From contig NC_058385.1 in assembly GCF_018350175.1 (NCBI RefSeq), positions 76,136,001 to 76,200,000 of the forward strand: 64,000 nt of DNA, given 5' to 3'. A program made the translations under genes and the position numbers. Numbering within the stretch: position 1 is the first letter of the stretch; every line of letters starts with the position of its first letter. This DNA comes from Felis catus (lineage: Eukaryota). Under the pieces are notes generated by a model. The model made no database searches. It saw nothing but the letters and a program-made list of their open reading frames with translations, and was not told the DNA's origin. Shown piece by piece: positions 34,771-47,298 of the stretch.

Positions 34771-35213
34771 ATATGGGAATATTGGGCTAGGATTGGGCAA
34801 GAAGGAGCTAGATCTGAGAGGTGACTCAGTTCACCAATGTCCTCATCACTCCTGGGCGTATTACACACGTCCTGTTTCTCTTACTGCCCGTTACCTGATT
34901 GGCCTCAGGGGAATCTGCATGTAGGTCACGGTGCCTGAGCCCCAGCTTTAGGATGTGACCAGGTACTGGTCATCTTTTTTCCACATTTTGGTCTCCCTGT
35001 CTACAGCGTTCATCTCCTTAGATGCTTCCTGAACCTCTGCATATTCTTCCGATCCAACTCAAATGCCCCTTGTTTTGTGAAGCCATCCATGTGACTCTGG
35101 ATAAGGCTGGTCTACCTTCCTCTGTTCCTGGGAGGACTCTGCCCATAATCACTACTAGCAGCCTTATCATCACGTCCACCATCATCATCATCGTCTAAAA
35201 AGTTGCCTGTACT

Positions 35214-35412
35214 GGGGCGCCTGGGTAGCTCAGTCGGTTAAGTGGCCAACTTTGGCTAAGAGCATGACCTTGCAGTTTATGAGTTCAAGTCCCACATTGG
35301 GCTCTGTGCGACAGCTCGGAACCTGGAGCCTGCTTCGGATTCCATCTGTCTGTCTGCCTCTCTCCCACTCACTCTCTCTTAAAAATAAATAAACACGTAA
35401 AAAAATTTAAAA
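35214..35412 (+). mobile_element. Feliform CAN-SINE
   Basis: GGGGCGCCTGGGTAGCTCAGTCGG head; TSD TAAAAAGTTGCCTG at 35196 and 35408. Confidence 0.95.
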
Positions 35413-35869
35413 AGTTGCCTGCACAATTAGAATGTGGCCTCCTTAAACACCAAATTGACCTCTCCCCATCTTCTTCCCTTCGATTTTGCATATGGCAGGG
35501 CCCCTCAAGCCTGTGACAGAAGAGAGTCAGCCAACTAGACATTCTGGCTGAACTTCGGAGAATACATTTGGTGCAATTTGTGTTTTGTGTAAAATCAAAC
35601 TTACGGTCCTATTTTTGTAACAGGCTCTGAAGATTGCTTTGTAATCACCAACATTCTGTTCTGCTTTTAAGGAGCCTCTTTGGCTTTAGGGCTCGCAGCT
35701 TATAAAGGAAGTAAAAAGCTGTTTGAAGTTTAAGAAAATCTGAGCCAAAGAGGTTTGAAGAAGTGTAGTGGAAAGAACCAAAATGATATGGACAGCGGGG
35801 TGGTCATCAGAAGCTCCTAGTTTCTTGATAAAAGAGCATCCACACTGACCAGTGAGATTACCTAGTATG

Positions 35870-36262
35870 TCTATACTTTGGTATAGCCTATACTTTGGTA
35901 GCAATCCCCAAATATAAGTGGGTTAACAGCAAACGTTTATTGCTTTTCTTATGCCACATGAACACCATGGGTGGGTGGAGAGTGGTCTCTCCATCTTGAT
36001 CACTCAGGGAGAGAGGCCAGTAGAGACTCTGTCTCAACCCACACTTTCACGGTTAACTCACGCAGAACACGGAGAACCCGTGGTCCGCGCTGGCGGTTAA
36101 AACCACCATCTGGAAGTGACACACATCATGTCTACTCCCATTTTGTTGGCCAGAGCAGGTCAAATTACCAGGCGTCACTTCAACAGGGTAAGGAGGAGCA
36201 AACGTCCCTGTGTCAAGAAAGAGGACGTGGAAACATTTGCGAACAAGCAAGTGACTGCCGCA
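35870..36262 (-). mobile_element. Old MLT1 (K/L-like) MaLR LTR
   Basis: GTAGCAATCCCCAAATATAAGTGGGTTAACAGCAAACGTTTATT..GGAAGTGACACACATCATGTCTACTCCCATTTTGTTGGCCAGAGCAGGTCA. Confidence 0.7.
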
Positions 36263-37339
36263 GTTAGTGACTTCGCAGAAGGACCTTCGTTTTCAAAACC
36301 CACGGTCATCCTCTACCTCATGGTAACCTTCACCACTGATCTTGAAATAGAATTTAACATCAGTCCATTGGATTCAGGTGCTTCTCCACAACTGTTTCAT
36401 AAAACAAGTTTCCTTTGTTTCAAATGGCCATAAATAAGACAGTAAATAAAAGGAAGAAGCAGGAGTCGGCCTCAAGATTATATCCACTCTCCAAGATGCA
36501 TCAACGGGTCACGGCAGCATAGCGCGGAACCCGTTATGTTTTGTGGGAATGTTGGATGCTATGGAGGCACAGATTGGGCACATGGAAATTGGCAGAGGGC
36601 AGCTGAGAAGCGGGAGTGGAATCAAGGACCAAGTGTGCCTGAGCGGGATCTCGAAGTGTCCATGGGTGTCTGCCCAATGGACAAGGGCAGGGCGGGTAAG
36701 GGGTGGGGGGCACACGATGAGTTCTTTAGGTACAGCAGGGTGGCTGTCCTGGAAATGAATGATCTGCACATTATATACACACATATGACCTTGAATAAAT
36801 GCTGTCCCCTCTCTGACCTCAGCCCCCCTTTATAAAATGAAGAGGCCAGAATCGAAATCCCATTTTTAAAACTAGGACTCAACATTCTGGTTATAGAATT
36901 CACCTACCTAGTAAATTGGTGAGAATCGCTAAGACTATTTAGAATAAGAAATGCCGTAAGGTCAGCTTGCCCTATCAGAAATAAAATCATCTCCTAGGGA
37001 TATAAGAATTCGTTTTTTCTCAAAGCCTGGCCTTGTCCAAAGACCAGACAAATCAGTTAGAAAAACAACAAAGTTAAAGTTAAAATCAAATTAAATTACA
37101 TTGAAAACTGTGGCTCCTTTTGCAAAATTGTGGATCGTGGTTGTCATTTGTTCACAAATATTTCCACTTTTCTTGTTCCCGACACAAAGAAAAAGTGCAT
37201 GTAGAAGAATAGCTTTCTTGCCTCAGGTTGAAAGTTTTCCTAAGGAAAATCAAAATTTTTGGCACCGTTAAGAAAAGACTTTATATACTTGATGGCAAAA
37301 CATTTCTTTCATTTCTTTGTGTGTGTGTGAGAGAGAGCC

Positions 37340-37670
37340 TAACAAATTCAAAAGAAAAGTGACAGTGTAAGAAACATTTTGCAATATATATGAATGATTA
37401 ATAATCAGAACACACAAAGAACTCTTTATAACCATTAAGAATCTTCATCGAAAAAATAGGCAAAGAATATAAAAGGACAAATAACACGCCATATAAAAAG
37501 CTAATAAATGTATGAAAAAGCTCTCGTTCCCACAAAATATCGAGGGAATGCAGACTGAAACCAAAAAGGTATAATTTATATTTATATTAAATTAGTAGGA
37601 AAAAATCTAGCTAATTACCTCTAATGTTGGTTAAGTCGTTTGAAAAATGGATATTCCCGTTCAAAGACAG
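37340..37670 (+). mobile_element. Old L1ME-type ORF2/3' remnant
   Basis: CACACAAAGAACTCTTTATAACC..GAAAAAATAGGCAAAGAATATAAAAGGACA..GCTAATAAATGTATGAAAAA. Confidence 0.65.
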
Positions 37671-37689
37671 AAAATTCACACTTGTTGGG

Positions 37690-38110
37690 AACCCGGGCCG
37701 TGAAGCCAGACCACCTGGGACCCCATCCCACTCTGTAACTTTAGGCAAGTGACTTACCTTCTTTGTGCCCTGTTTTGCTTTGTTGTAAGAGTGTCTTCAT
37801 TATAGAGTTATGTGAATTAAATGTAATAATCAAGGGGGCACGTGGGTCGCTCAGTCAGTTGAGCGTCCGACTTCGGCTCAGGTCACCATCTTGAGGTTCT
37901 TGAGTTCGAGTCCCGTGTTGGGCTCTGTGCTGACAGCTCAGAGCCTGCAGCCTGCTTCGGATTCTGTCTCCCTCTTTCTGCCTCTCCCCCACTTGCGCTC
38001 TCCTAAACAATAAACAAATATTAAAAAAAATAAAGGAGAAATAAATGTAATAATCCATGGAAGATTCTGAGAGCAGCTCCTGGTAGATAGTAAGTGCTCA
38101 GCGATAATTA
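37690..38110 (+). mobile_element. MIR split by a CAN-SINE
   Basis: TAACTTTAGGCAAGTGACTTACCTTC before the SINE and CCTGGTAGATAGTAAGTGCTCAG after it. Confidence 0.65.
37834..38042 (+). mobile_element. Feliform CAN-SINE
   Basis: GGGGGCACGTGGGTCGCTCAGTC head; perfect TSD AAATGTAATAATC at 37819 and 38043. Confidence 0.96.
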
Positions 38111-39344
38111 GCTTTCACTTTTCCACCCTGAGAGTATCAAAATTAGAAATGCATGTGCAATTTCATGTATAGGCATTAGCCCTACAGAAATGACACCTAT
38201 GAGCATACGTTCTTTTTTCCAAGAATATCCACCTCCACATTTTAATGGTTAAGACTTTGAAAACAACTTAGGTGTTAGTTAAGAGAAGAGGAGTCACGTG
38301 AATTAGGGCTGCCTCCCCTCTGTAAAATTTTATGCAGCCGTTTACAGAGAATGAGCTAGATCCCTATTTGCTGAGATGGAGGGATCACTAAATATATATT
38401 ACTATAGAAAAAAACAAAGTAAGTCTGTGAACAGTTTGAAGAGTACAATCTCTGGAAATCATTTAAAAGCATAATATTTGGAAATACCTTGACAATTTCC
38501 AGCAAGGAATCACACGAGACCTTTACAGTAGTTATCTTTTGGTCAGGGCGTGGCTTAGAAGATAGTAGAGGCTGGTTTGAAATTTTTATTTCAGTAGTAT
38601 TTATTTTTTTATAACAGCTACACATTTCTTTCGGCACTTTAAAAACAATATTTTAAAATTCAGTGCTGGATCGAGCTATATATGCACCCACTGGACAAGC
38701 TTCTCACTCAAGTATTTGGGTTCTCTACTTTTATCCTCCAGGCAATGGGGAGCCACGGCTGATTCTTGAGGAGGACACTGACCTGGTCGCAGCTGCTAGA
38801 ATCTTGTCCTGTTCGGGACAGTGCCTACACACTCCCTTCTTTCCTTGCCAGCAGTTTGCGGCTGCTTTAATTTTCCTTTAATTCTCTCTTGGCCAAGCAC
38901 TCAGCCCTCAAGGGTTTTTTTTTTTGTTCCCCCTCTGTTTTCCTCTTTACAGATAGATATTGGCTTCTGAAACCATTTCTTCTCTGCTGCTGTTGAGCTG
39001 CCGGAGAGGTCACTTACGGCCAGCGGGCTGTATTCTCTGCTTCCCAATGTGGTGAGGGGTGGTGGGAAATTCTGGCCAAGACTCAGGAGCGCAGGCTATG
39101 GCTCTGGTGAGGCGCTGGGCTCGGGATCGGCCGTCTCTGAGCTCCGGCTCCCACACTAACGATGTGGGGAGGTCAAAGCGGGGATCTTCTAAGACCCCAT
39201 CCAGTCACGTTCGCCTAAGAGCCCAGGGCAATTATGGCACTTTGTTGCTGGGCCCATCACAGAAGAAGACCTTACAATATGGCGTCTCCAGGCCTTCACC
39301 CTCCCGGGAATGCAGCTCCCCTCACCTCTCACCTAGCTCCTCCC

Positions 39345-39830
39345 TTCATCTACTCATGCACTTGTCAGTCACTCAACAAAGCTGAGCACCTACTAAGTGC
39401 CAGGCACCACCCTAAGCGTCCAGAATGCAACAGTGAACAAGACAGATATGGCCTCCACGTAGCTTGCAATATGGCGGAGGGGCCAGACATTACTGAAATA
39501 GCCGCGGAATAAAACCTGTATTAATGACGTCTATTTGGTACAGGGAAGGAACATAAATGGTGCTATGGGGAGAAGTCCAGTCCTCTAGACGGGGGACCAG
39601 GAACCGTCTCTTGGAGGAGGCGCCATCGGAGGGAATACCTTCCAGGCAAAGGAGGAAAGAGCTTGCCTCGTCTGAGGAAGAGGACCTTTGTGGTTGGAGC
39701 CCAATGAACAGAGAGACGATGGGCCTGGGGAGGTGGGGAGGTGGCTTAGGTTCGTGAACCTAACGCTGCTGTGCTAACCAGAGCCTGAGGCTCCTACAGG
39801 CATCATGGAGGGCTGCTTCCATACCGGGAA
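39345..39830 (-). mobile_element. L2a remnant
   Basis: TCACTCAACAAAGCTGAGCACCTACTAAGTGCCAGGCACC..AACAGTGAACAAGACAGA. Confidence 0.75.
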
Positions 39831-40190
39831 AGAGGGCTTTAAAAAGGTGGAGTGATTTGCCTAAGGTCAAGTGGCCAAGTTGGGGACGGGGAACCAGTTC
39901 CTTTCATCTGAAGCTTTAGAGACACGGACTCCCCCCCCCCCCCCATCACATTTCCCCACTCACCCTAGTTCTGCCGTCTCCCCACGTCCATCTACCCAGA
40001 GAGAGTTTTCTGGAGAACCGGCTTTGGAGTTAAACGCATCTACGCGGATCCCCTTGCACCTAGACTTACTCCTTCCGTGTATTAGCCAGGTTTTTGCTAC
40101 AACAGTGCTACAGAACTAACAGCTGTGTGTGTGTGTGTGTGTGTCAGAGCACATGGGTCAGTCGGCCAGAGTTGTATATTCTGTCTTCTC

Positions 40191-40243
40191 CTTTTTTTTT
40201 TTAAAGATTTTTTTTTTATTAAAAACAGTGTTTTAAAGATTAT

Positions 40244-40283
<40 letters not shown>

Positions 40284-40445
40284 GGAGGGAGAGACTGTCA
40301 GTGGGGGAGGGCCAGGGAGAGAGGGAGAGAGAGAGAATCCCAAGCCCCCCAAGATGTGGGGCTCGAACTCGCGAACCGTGAGAGCATGACCTGAACTGAA
40401 ATCAAGAGTCAAACACTTCCACCGACCGAGCCGTCCAGGTGCCCC
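40191..40445 (-). mobile_element. Older CAN-SINE with internal (GT)n at about 40246-40278
   Basis: GAGAATCCCAAGC..GGGGCTCGAACTCGCGAACCGTGAGAGCATGACCTGA..CCAGGTGCCCC. Confidence 0.9.
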
Positions 40446-40532
40446 TAATCTCTACACCCCATATGGGGCTTGAACCCACAACCCAGAGATCAAGAGTCAC
40501 ACGGTCCACCGACTGAGCCAGCCAGGTGCCCC
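40446..40532 (-). mobile_element. Short tRNA-Lys-like CAN-SINE head abutting the previous SINE
   Basis: TAATCTCTACACCCCATATGGGGCTTGAACCCAC..GACTGAGCCAGCCAGGTGCCCC. Confidence 0.85.
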
Positions 40533-40539
40533 CGGAATG

Positions 40540-40776
40540 GTAGTTCTTAACTAGGAGGACACAGTGGGTGATTTCGCCTCCCAGGGCCACTTTGCAATGT
40601 CCGAGGTATTTTTGGTTCTCACAGCTGGGACAGGGACAGGGGGTGAGGGGCGTTATTGTTGGCATCCAGTGAGGAGAGATCGAGGATACGGCTAACATCT
40701 TGCCGTACACAGGATGCCTCCGAAGCAAAGAACGATCCAGTACAAAATGCCAATGGTAGTGAGGTTAAGAAGCCCC
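40540..40776 (+). mobile_element. MER20 hAT-Charlie MITE
   Basis: TAGTTCTTAAC..GATTTCGCCTCCCAGGGCCACTTTGCAATGTCCGAGG..GGCATCCAGTGAGGAGAG..CAAAATGCCAATGGTAGTGAGGTTAAGAAGCCC. Confidence 0.85.
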
Positions 40777-40909
40777 ACCCTGGAGGGAGAGGCTGCCAAG
40801 CGGCATAACAAAAAAGCATCATTCTAATGGCTTGGATATAGCATTATGCTACAGGAAAAAAGTGAAGAGTCCGGAACAATAATCCAACGGCCACACCCCC
40901 AGCCGGAGC

Positions 40910-41420
40910 AAAACTCATATTGCCTTGCATTCTTCAGCCTCAAAACCTTTAGCGGCTCCCTGTGCTCAAACTTCTCAGCCAGACCCTGGGTCCCAGGATG
41001 AGCTTGTCTATTTCACCAACCTCTTTCTTCTCTGATTTTATTCTCTGGCCACATGGAAAAAGGTCGTTGTTTGATTTAAAAAAAGAAGGCAGCTCATCTC
41101 TTCACATAAGCTGCTCTCAATCTCTGATGCTCTCCCCCTCCAGCGCCTGTATCTATCTTGCCTTTGTCCTTCACATTCCGATTAGGGGTCTGCTCCCCTC
41201 TTAAGCCCTTCTTGTCTCCCCCCACCCCCCAGGCAGCTTCGCCTGTGCTCCTGTTTTCTTGGTGCGCCCGTTAGTTAGCTCATGTCTCCCACTGCACCAC
41301 GGTGATCTTTTTCCCTTCGCCACCTCCCAGGTGAGACTGTGAGCTCCAGACAGAACAGAACCTTCCCTCATTGCTGTGCCAGCAATGGGCACAGAGTAAG
41401 CGCTCCAAGAAAATGAAGCA
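40910..41420 (+). mobile_element. L2 3' remnant
   Basis: CTCAAAACCTTTAGCGGCTCCC..GACTGTGAGCTCCAGACAG..GGGCACAGAGTAAGCGCTC. Confidence 0.65.
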
Positions 41421-44034
41421 TGAGATTTCACAACCCAGTACAAAGGGCAGGGATAGCGGAAAGGAGACAACGTACTCAGAGCATGCTCCCTGGATTCGTA
41501 AAGCCCTTGGGGACGTGGAATTTATCCATGGCAGGTGCCAAAGCAGTGCTCTGCACAGGTTGTTGCTCTAAAGATATTAAATTAAGAGCTTCAGATGTGA
41601 GTTGCTCCTATCAGTCATTTACACCTTAGTATGAAGTTGACCTATCATTGCCCGCCTCTCAGGGAGGTTGGCATCTTAAGTTTTTCTCTCTGTAGAATTA
41701 AAAGCTTGTTCAGGATCAAGCGCCGATAAACAGGAAAGAGCAGAAGAGGAGAGGGGGAGTCTGGAGGACGGGCTCACAGAGAGTCAGCTTCTGGAAAAAG
41801 ACCAATCTCGCTCCCTGGGTCCATGCCTCAGCCTGAGAGGTTCTTTGCCTGTGCTTTCTACCCATTCTCTGATCTTCCGAGAGGCCAAGGATCTCAGCGA
41901 GACAGATTTCTCACACTGCTCCTCCACTCTGGGCCTGCCAGAGGCAGTTTATTTAGTTGTTTATGTGCCCAGACGCACACAGCCCTTATTTGGAGGGAAG
42001 TGTGAACAAACAGACCTGAGGCGGTTTCATTGCCCCACTGCCTCCCGCACTGAAACAACTGTCACTTCTCCCTCCCTCCCGCCCCCTCCCTGCAGCTCAT
42101 GGCTCTGGATGTGGGTCCCAGGCTCCCTGCTGGCTAGCTCTGTCTGTGACTCTCTGTCTTGGTGTCTTCACCTGTGAAAATGGGCAGTTTCTCTCACCCC
42201 TGCACTGTGCAGCCGGTGGATACAAATGCATCAGTGCAGATCATGAATTCAGTTGACCCATCGCCACTTTGGTGACAGCCGGCACTGCTGCTACAGAAAC
42301 ACCCAAGACAAAGCTCGCGGAAAACGTTCAGTGAAACAGTGAGGCAGGTGTGGAGTGTTGTTTCAGAAGACATTGTGCCCATGTTCTGGGCCTACACCTT
42401 CCTGATCCACTGGGTTGGGTTAGTTTCCTGGAAAGCACTGCGGTTTGGGTCGTTTCCCTCCGGCCCGCGATACTGTGGCAGACATCACTAATCGAGCCCA
42501 GATGCCCTCTCAGTGTTCTCCTCAACAGAGGGCATCTGGGAGCCACAGACGGCTGCTGAAGGCTGCGTGGGAAGAGAAAGCACAGCGTTGGAGACAGCCA
42601 ATGTGGTTTGCCTCCTGGATCCCATGTGATAAGCAAGCTCAACGTTCTCCTTTAACCTCAGTGCCCCCCTGCACCTGTCTAGAGGATGAGTTTTCCGACT
42701 TCACGGGTTTCCCGTGAGAACTAAATTACATTAAATATTCTGGAGGCTATATGTAACACATGGTAGGTTCCTGATAAAGACTCATTTTCTACCCTTCTTT
42801 TCTAGTTCTAAGCAGACCCTTTCTCTGATCCTCTCTTTTACCATCTGTAAAATGGTATTCTTAGTGCCATTCTCCCTGGGCTGTTTTGGGGGGCTCAGAA
42901 TGAGCCGTAGCTCATATGGAGGCAGGAGATGACGAATCAGACCGTGAGGACAGACTGCTGTCCTCACCGTGCTCCTCTCTCCAGAGCTAGACCACTTGGC
43001 TTCCAGCTGAGGGCCCATCCTGCCTCAGTTTCCTTCTGTCCTCTGGCCAGTTTTGAGACTCAGGGAAGTTGGGGAAGGGTCATTATCCTGAAGCTAACCA
43101 AAGTGCTAGATCTTGGCTCGAAGTGTGTGTGTGCATTGAGGGACGAGCAGCCCAGGGCCCGGGTGCTCCTCAGGGCTCCTGGGAGTCTGTCCTTTAGTAC
43201 ATCTGGAATAAGTGTCCCCGCTGCATGTCCCTTTGGGAGGGAAGACCACAGAAGGGCCCAGCAGCATCCCACCTACTCCCCACTCCAGTGACGCCTTCCT
43301 GCACAGGCGGGTCCCGCCAGGGGCTGGCCGAGGTGGATGAGGAGAGGCTCCGAGGGCCAACAGTTAAGGAGGCCCTCACTCTTGGGGCCGTGCAAGGCCG
43401 GTTGTGCGGGGAGAGTGAGGGCCTCCTTAAACGGAACACGTTCGGCTCCTTGCCGCATGGAGTTCTGGAAAGGGATTTAGTAAGAGTGTCATCCGCCAGA
43501 TGGGAACATGTGAGGGCATGAAGGCCTCCGTGGAGTCAGGCCTTCTGTGTTCAAATTCCAACACCACCACTGGAGGGTGATACTTTGCGGAACTCAGCTA
43601 CAATGTTTTCTTCCCCCGTGAATTAGAGACGGTAAGTAACAATACTGCCTTGTAGCGGCCTGTGAGGATTCAATTAGGAGCTTCATTAATAGCAACCAAG
43701 GGGGCATTGATAAGAATAAGTGCACCAGTTTCCTGAGGCTGCACAATATGGAAAGCAGCAGAGATCCTGGGAGAAACGACAGGGATCCGGTTCCTACCAG
43801 ATGCAGGAATGTGAATGTGTTTCCCCACTTTAAGCCTCAAACTATTTTCTATGGCACGATGACCACCCCCCACCCCCTGCCGCCACGTTACATGTTAGAA
43901 AACTCAAACCACAGAGGATGGGGAACTTAACCCAGGATGCTTCGCTGGTGTGAAAAGCTGACGGTTTGGACCCGTGCCCCCGAAATTCCAAGTTCTTTGC
44001 TTTCCTTCCACCCGAAGCCATCGCTAACTTGAAA

Positions 44035-44205
44035 CCCGTGGACCGGACGTGTGACTCCTTCAGTCACCGGTTCATTAGATCACCCACTTGGCTTCTTAAA
44101 CATGCACCTGCCGGAGCACTGACTCTGAGAAGAGTCAGCTGGGAATCTGTGTATTTAACAAGAAGCCCAGGGACTGGTGTGAGATGCCAGGTTTGGGCAC
44201 CACGG
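44035..44205 (+). mobile_element. MER5-family hAT MITE remnant
   Basis: CATTAGATCACC..CTTAAACATGCA..GGGAATCTGTGTATTTAACAAG..CCAGGTTTGGGCACCACG. Confidence 0.55.
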
Positions 44206-44669
44206 GGGGCTGGGTGACCTCGAAGGTCCCTTCCACCTCCAATTTTCTAAGTATAGCCTCAGGAGAAAGCGAGAGGAAAAGTGGTTATCAAATTGCAAGA
44301 ATAAAATGGCTTGCTAAGAAAAGACTGGCGCTTTCTAAGGGACATATAATTAAAGCCCAATAGATTAAAATTCCTTTAAGAAATGAGCAATACAGAGATT
44401 AAGGCACATCTGATACGGCTTCTTGAAGGGCTGCTCAAAGATTTATAGGCAGAGGATAAATCGGCTCTGGCGAGAGAGAAGGGGATGTGCCTTATCGCTC
44501 ACATCTCACAGCGGAAGGGAAAGTGTGCAGAGAAGGAGAGCTGGGGATCATCAAGCAAGGCACCAGAAGGGCTTCTGCAAATATATTCCCCACAAAGAAA
44601 AAGAAAATCCCCTTGGAGTGAGCGGGGAAGTCGGGGTTGTCAATCAGGAGTGGAGTGACATGGCCTGTC

Positions 44670-44869
44670 NNNNNNNNNNNNNNNNNNNNNNNNNNNNNNN
44701 NNNNNNNNNNNNNNNNNNNNNNNNNNNNNNNNNNNNNNNNNNNNNNNNNNNNNNNNNNNNNNNNNNNNNNNNNNNNNNNNNNNNNNNNNNNNNNNNNNNN
44801 NNNNNNNNNNNNNNNNNNNNNNNNNNNNNNNNNNNNNNNNNNNNNNNNNNNNNNNNNNNNNNNNNNNNN
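44670..44869. other. Assembly gap (200 N)
   Basis: Run of n. Confidence 1.
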
Positions 44870-45004
44870 CTGGGCACCCTTTGTCCATATGGGAATTAGC
44901 CTCAGTGCCTAATGAATGAGGTCTTCTGGGCAGAGTGGGGAGCATCTCAGAAGACAAAGGAAGGAAGGAACTGGAATCAAAGTCCAAAATGGTGACAGTG
45001 ATAG

Positions 45005-45230
45005 ATAGGAATGATAATCCCTTACACTTTTATCCGGCTTTACAAGGCACTTGGACATACATAACCTCCTTCAATTTGCACAGAAATCTAAGAGGGAGGA
45101 AGAAACACCCACAGACATAAGTGTGGAAACTCAAGGGCAGAGAACGTAACGCCTCATCTAAGGCCTCAGAACTTACCCTTAGAAGCGGAGCGCCAAGACT
45201 TGAATTCTGGTCCTTCCAACCTACAGCAAG
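45005..45230 (-). mobile_element. MIR remnant
   Basis: GCTTTACAAGGCACTTGGACATACATAACCTCCTTCAATTTGCACAG..GGAAACTCAAGG..GACTTGAATTCTGGTC. Confidence 0.6.
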
Positions 45231-45438
45231 TGTTATTTCCATTACAGATTAATCTGGGGGATCCCGGGGGTAATTGGAGTATAGAAATTGATAGGCCAGT
45301 TAAACTCCATCTATATAGCTAAAGTGGCCAGATCCTGATTCCTTTCTTCCTGCGTCCGTCCTTCTTTTCCTGTTCCCTGGCCCCTTCTTCCCTCTCTTCA
45401 TTGTTCAAGAGTTTTAACTAAGGAAGTTCTCTTTCAAA

Positions 45439-45653
45439 TTTTTTTTTTTACATTTATTTATTTTTGAGAGACAGAGGGAGACAGAGCACAAGTGGGGGAG
45501 GGACAGAGACAGAAGGAGACACAGAATCCGAAGCAGGCTCCCGGCTCCGAGCTGTCAGCACAGAGCCTGACGCGGGGCTCGAACTCACAGACCGCAAGAA
45601 GATGACCTGAGCCGAAGTCGGATGTTCAACCGACTGAGCCACCCAGGTGCCCC
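45439..45653 (-). mobile_element. Feliform CAN-SINE
   Basis: Antisense full-length SINE ending CCACCCAGGTGCCCC. Confidence 0.96.
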
Positions 45654-46083
45654 AGGGAATGCTCTTTCTAAGAAGAACCTGGCCTTCTTCTGAAAATCGC
45701 TCTGCGAAGTGTGTCTGATTGTGTCCTGTCTTACAGGTGTTCACACTTAGGAGCCCGGAGATCTAGACAACTGGCCCTAAGACAGCCGCCAGGTGGTACA
45801 GCCCCAGTGTTCTCTCCAATACCCACATCCATGTTCGTTTCCCTTTTATTTCCATTTGTCGGACCATCCTGGCTGGACGACCATAGGCCACGAAGATTAC
45901 AGTTCAGCCTTGAAAGCAGAGGCTCAAGGGGAGGAATGAGCCTCCAGCTGCGGGTCTGAGAAGAGCCTTCTCCTCATTGGGTCATTGTTTTCCCGGGCTC
46001 TTGGCCTGTCCTATAGTGTGAGTGTCCACGAATCTGTGCTCAGCTGCTAGATCCACACCCCTCTCTGCTGATCTCATCTGTGT

Positions 46084-46352
46084 TGCTATAAACTGACTCC
46101 CCCCCCCCCCCATTCATATGCTGAAGGTCTAACCCAAATGTCTTAGTGTTTGGAGATGGGGTCTTTGGGAGGGAATTAGGGTTAGATGAGGTCATGAAGG
46201 TGGGGACCCCAGGATGGGATTAGGGCCCTTGTCAGAAGAAACAGGAGAGCTCCCTCCCACTCTCCCCGTCTTGCTCTCCTTGTGGCACATAGAGAAGAGG
46301 TCATGGGCAGACACAGCAAGACGGTAGCCACCTGCAAATGGGAAGGGAGCTT
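46084..46352 (+). mobile_element. MLT1A-type LTR, 5' part
   Basis: CATTCATATGCTGAAG..TTTGGGAGGGAATTAGGGTTAGATGAGGTCATGAAGGTGGGGACCCC..GCCACCTGCAA. Confidence 0.8.
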
Positions 46353-46840
46353 GCATGGAGAGACATTAGGTATAACAATGGAATCGATACTATACACAAC
46401 ACCTACTGCAATGGCTAAAAAAAAAAAAAAAAAAAGTATCAAGTGTTAGTGAAGGTGCACCACGCCTGGAAATTGTATACGTGAGGGAATTTGTACATGT
46501 GGCAACTTTATACTTACAGAAATTGTGCATGTGGGATGCAAAGTAGCACAGCCATTTTGGAACACAGTGTGGCAGTTTCGTATCAAGTGAAATGTATACT
46601 TTCCATATGACCCAGCAATCCTACTCCTAGATATCGACCCCAGAAAAATAAAGACTTAGGCTCACACAAAAACTGTATACAAGTATTTATGGCAGTTTAT
46701 TCCTGATTACCCAAATCTAGAAGTAACTCAAATACTCTTCAACAACTGGAGAATGAATAAACAAAGTGATGCAGCCTGACAGCGGAATAATACTCAGCAG
46801 TAAAAAGGAGCCAGCTACCTAACCCAGAGATATACACACG
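46353..46840 (+). mobile_element. Old L1MB/MC-type ORF2 3' remnant
   Basis: CAGCCATTTTGGAACACAGTGTGGCAGTTTC..CCATATGACCCAGCAATCCTACTCCTAGATAT..GAATAAACAAA. Confidence 0.8.
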
Positions 46841-47298
46841 TCTCAGCAGAGACCACACTTTGTGAGCCCTGCAGCATGTACATGTGTTGTCTCTTATTTT
46901 CAGTTTGACGAGCATTGTGAAGTAGACAAAGATGTGAAATAGAATGTGAGAGTTGGGAAGGTGGTCCTCCAGGAAGAAGGAGGGCATTATTGCCCGAAGA
47001 AGCAGATAAACCACAAACAACCACCCCAGAGAGCTCCTGGGAGCTGGGGGAAGAGAAGGTTGGAGGATGAGTGGGGTCCCTCTGTCAACCCTGAGTGCTA
47101 GGAGTCAGTGGTGGCAGGCTTCTGCTTCTGAAAGTCATTCTGATAGCAGGGAAGATGGACTTTGTGTGGGTGGGGGTAAGGAGGAGGTGGGAGTTGCGGC
47201 TTTTGTAATCATCCTCGTGAGTCATGCCTGGGAAAGCCTTGACTAAGGCACATTCAGGAGTTGGGGAGGACGGAAAGTACTAAAAATACTTAGATGTA

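Noticed and set aside
44423-44987. ORFs containing long X runs (also 60953-61317)
   Set aside because: Artefacts of translating through N gaps
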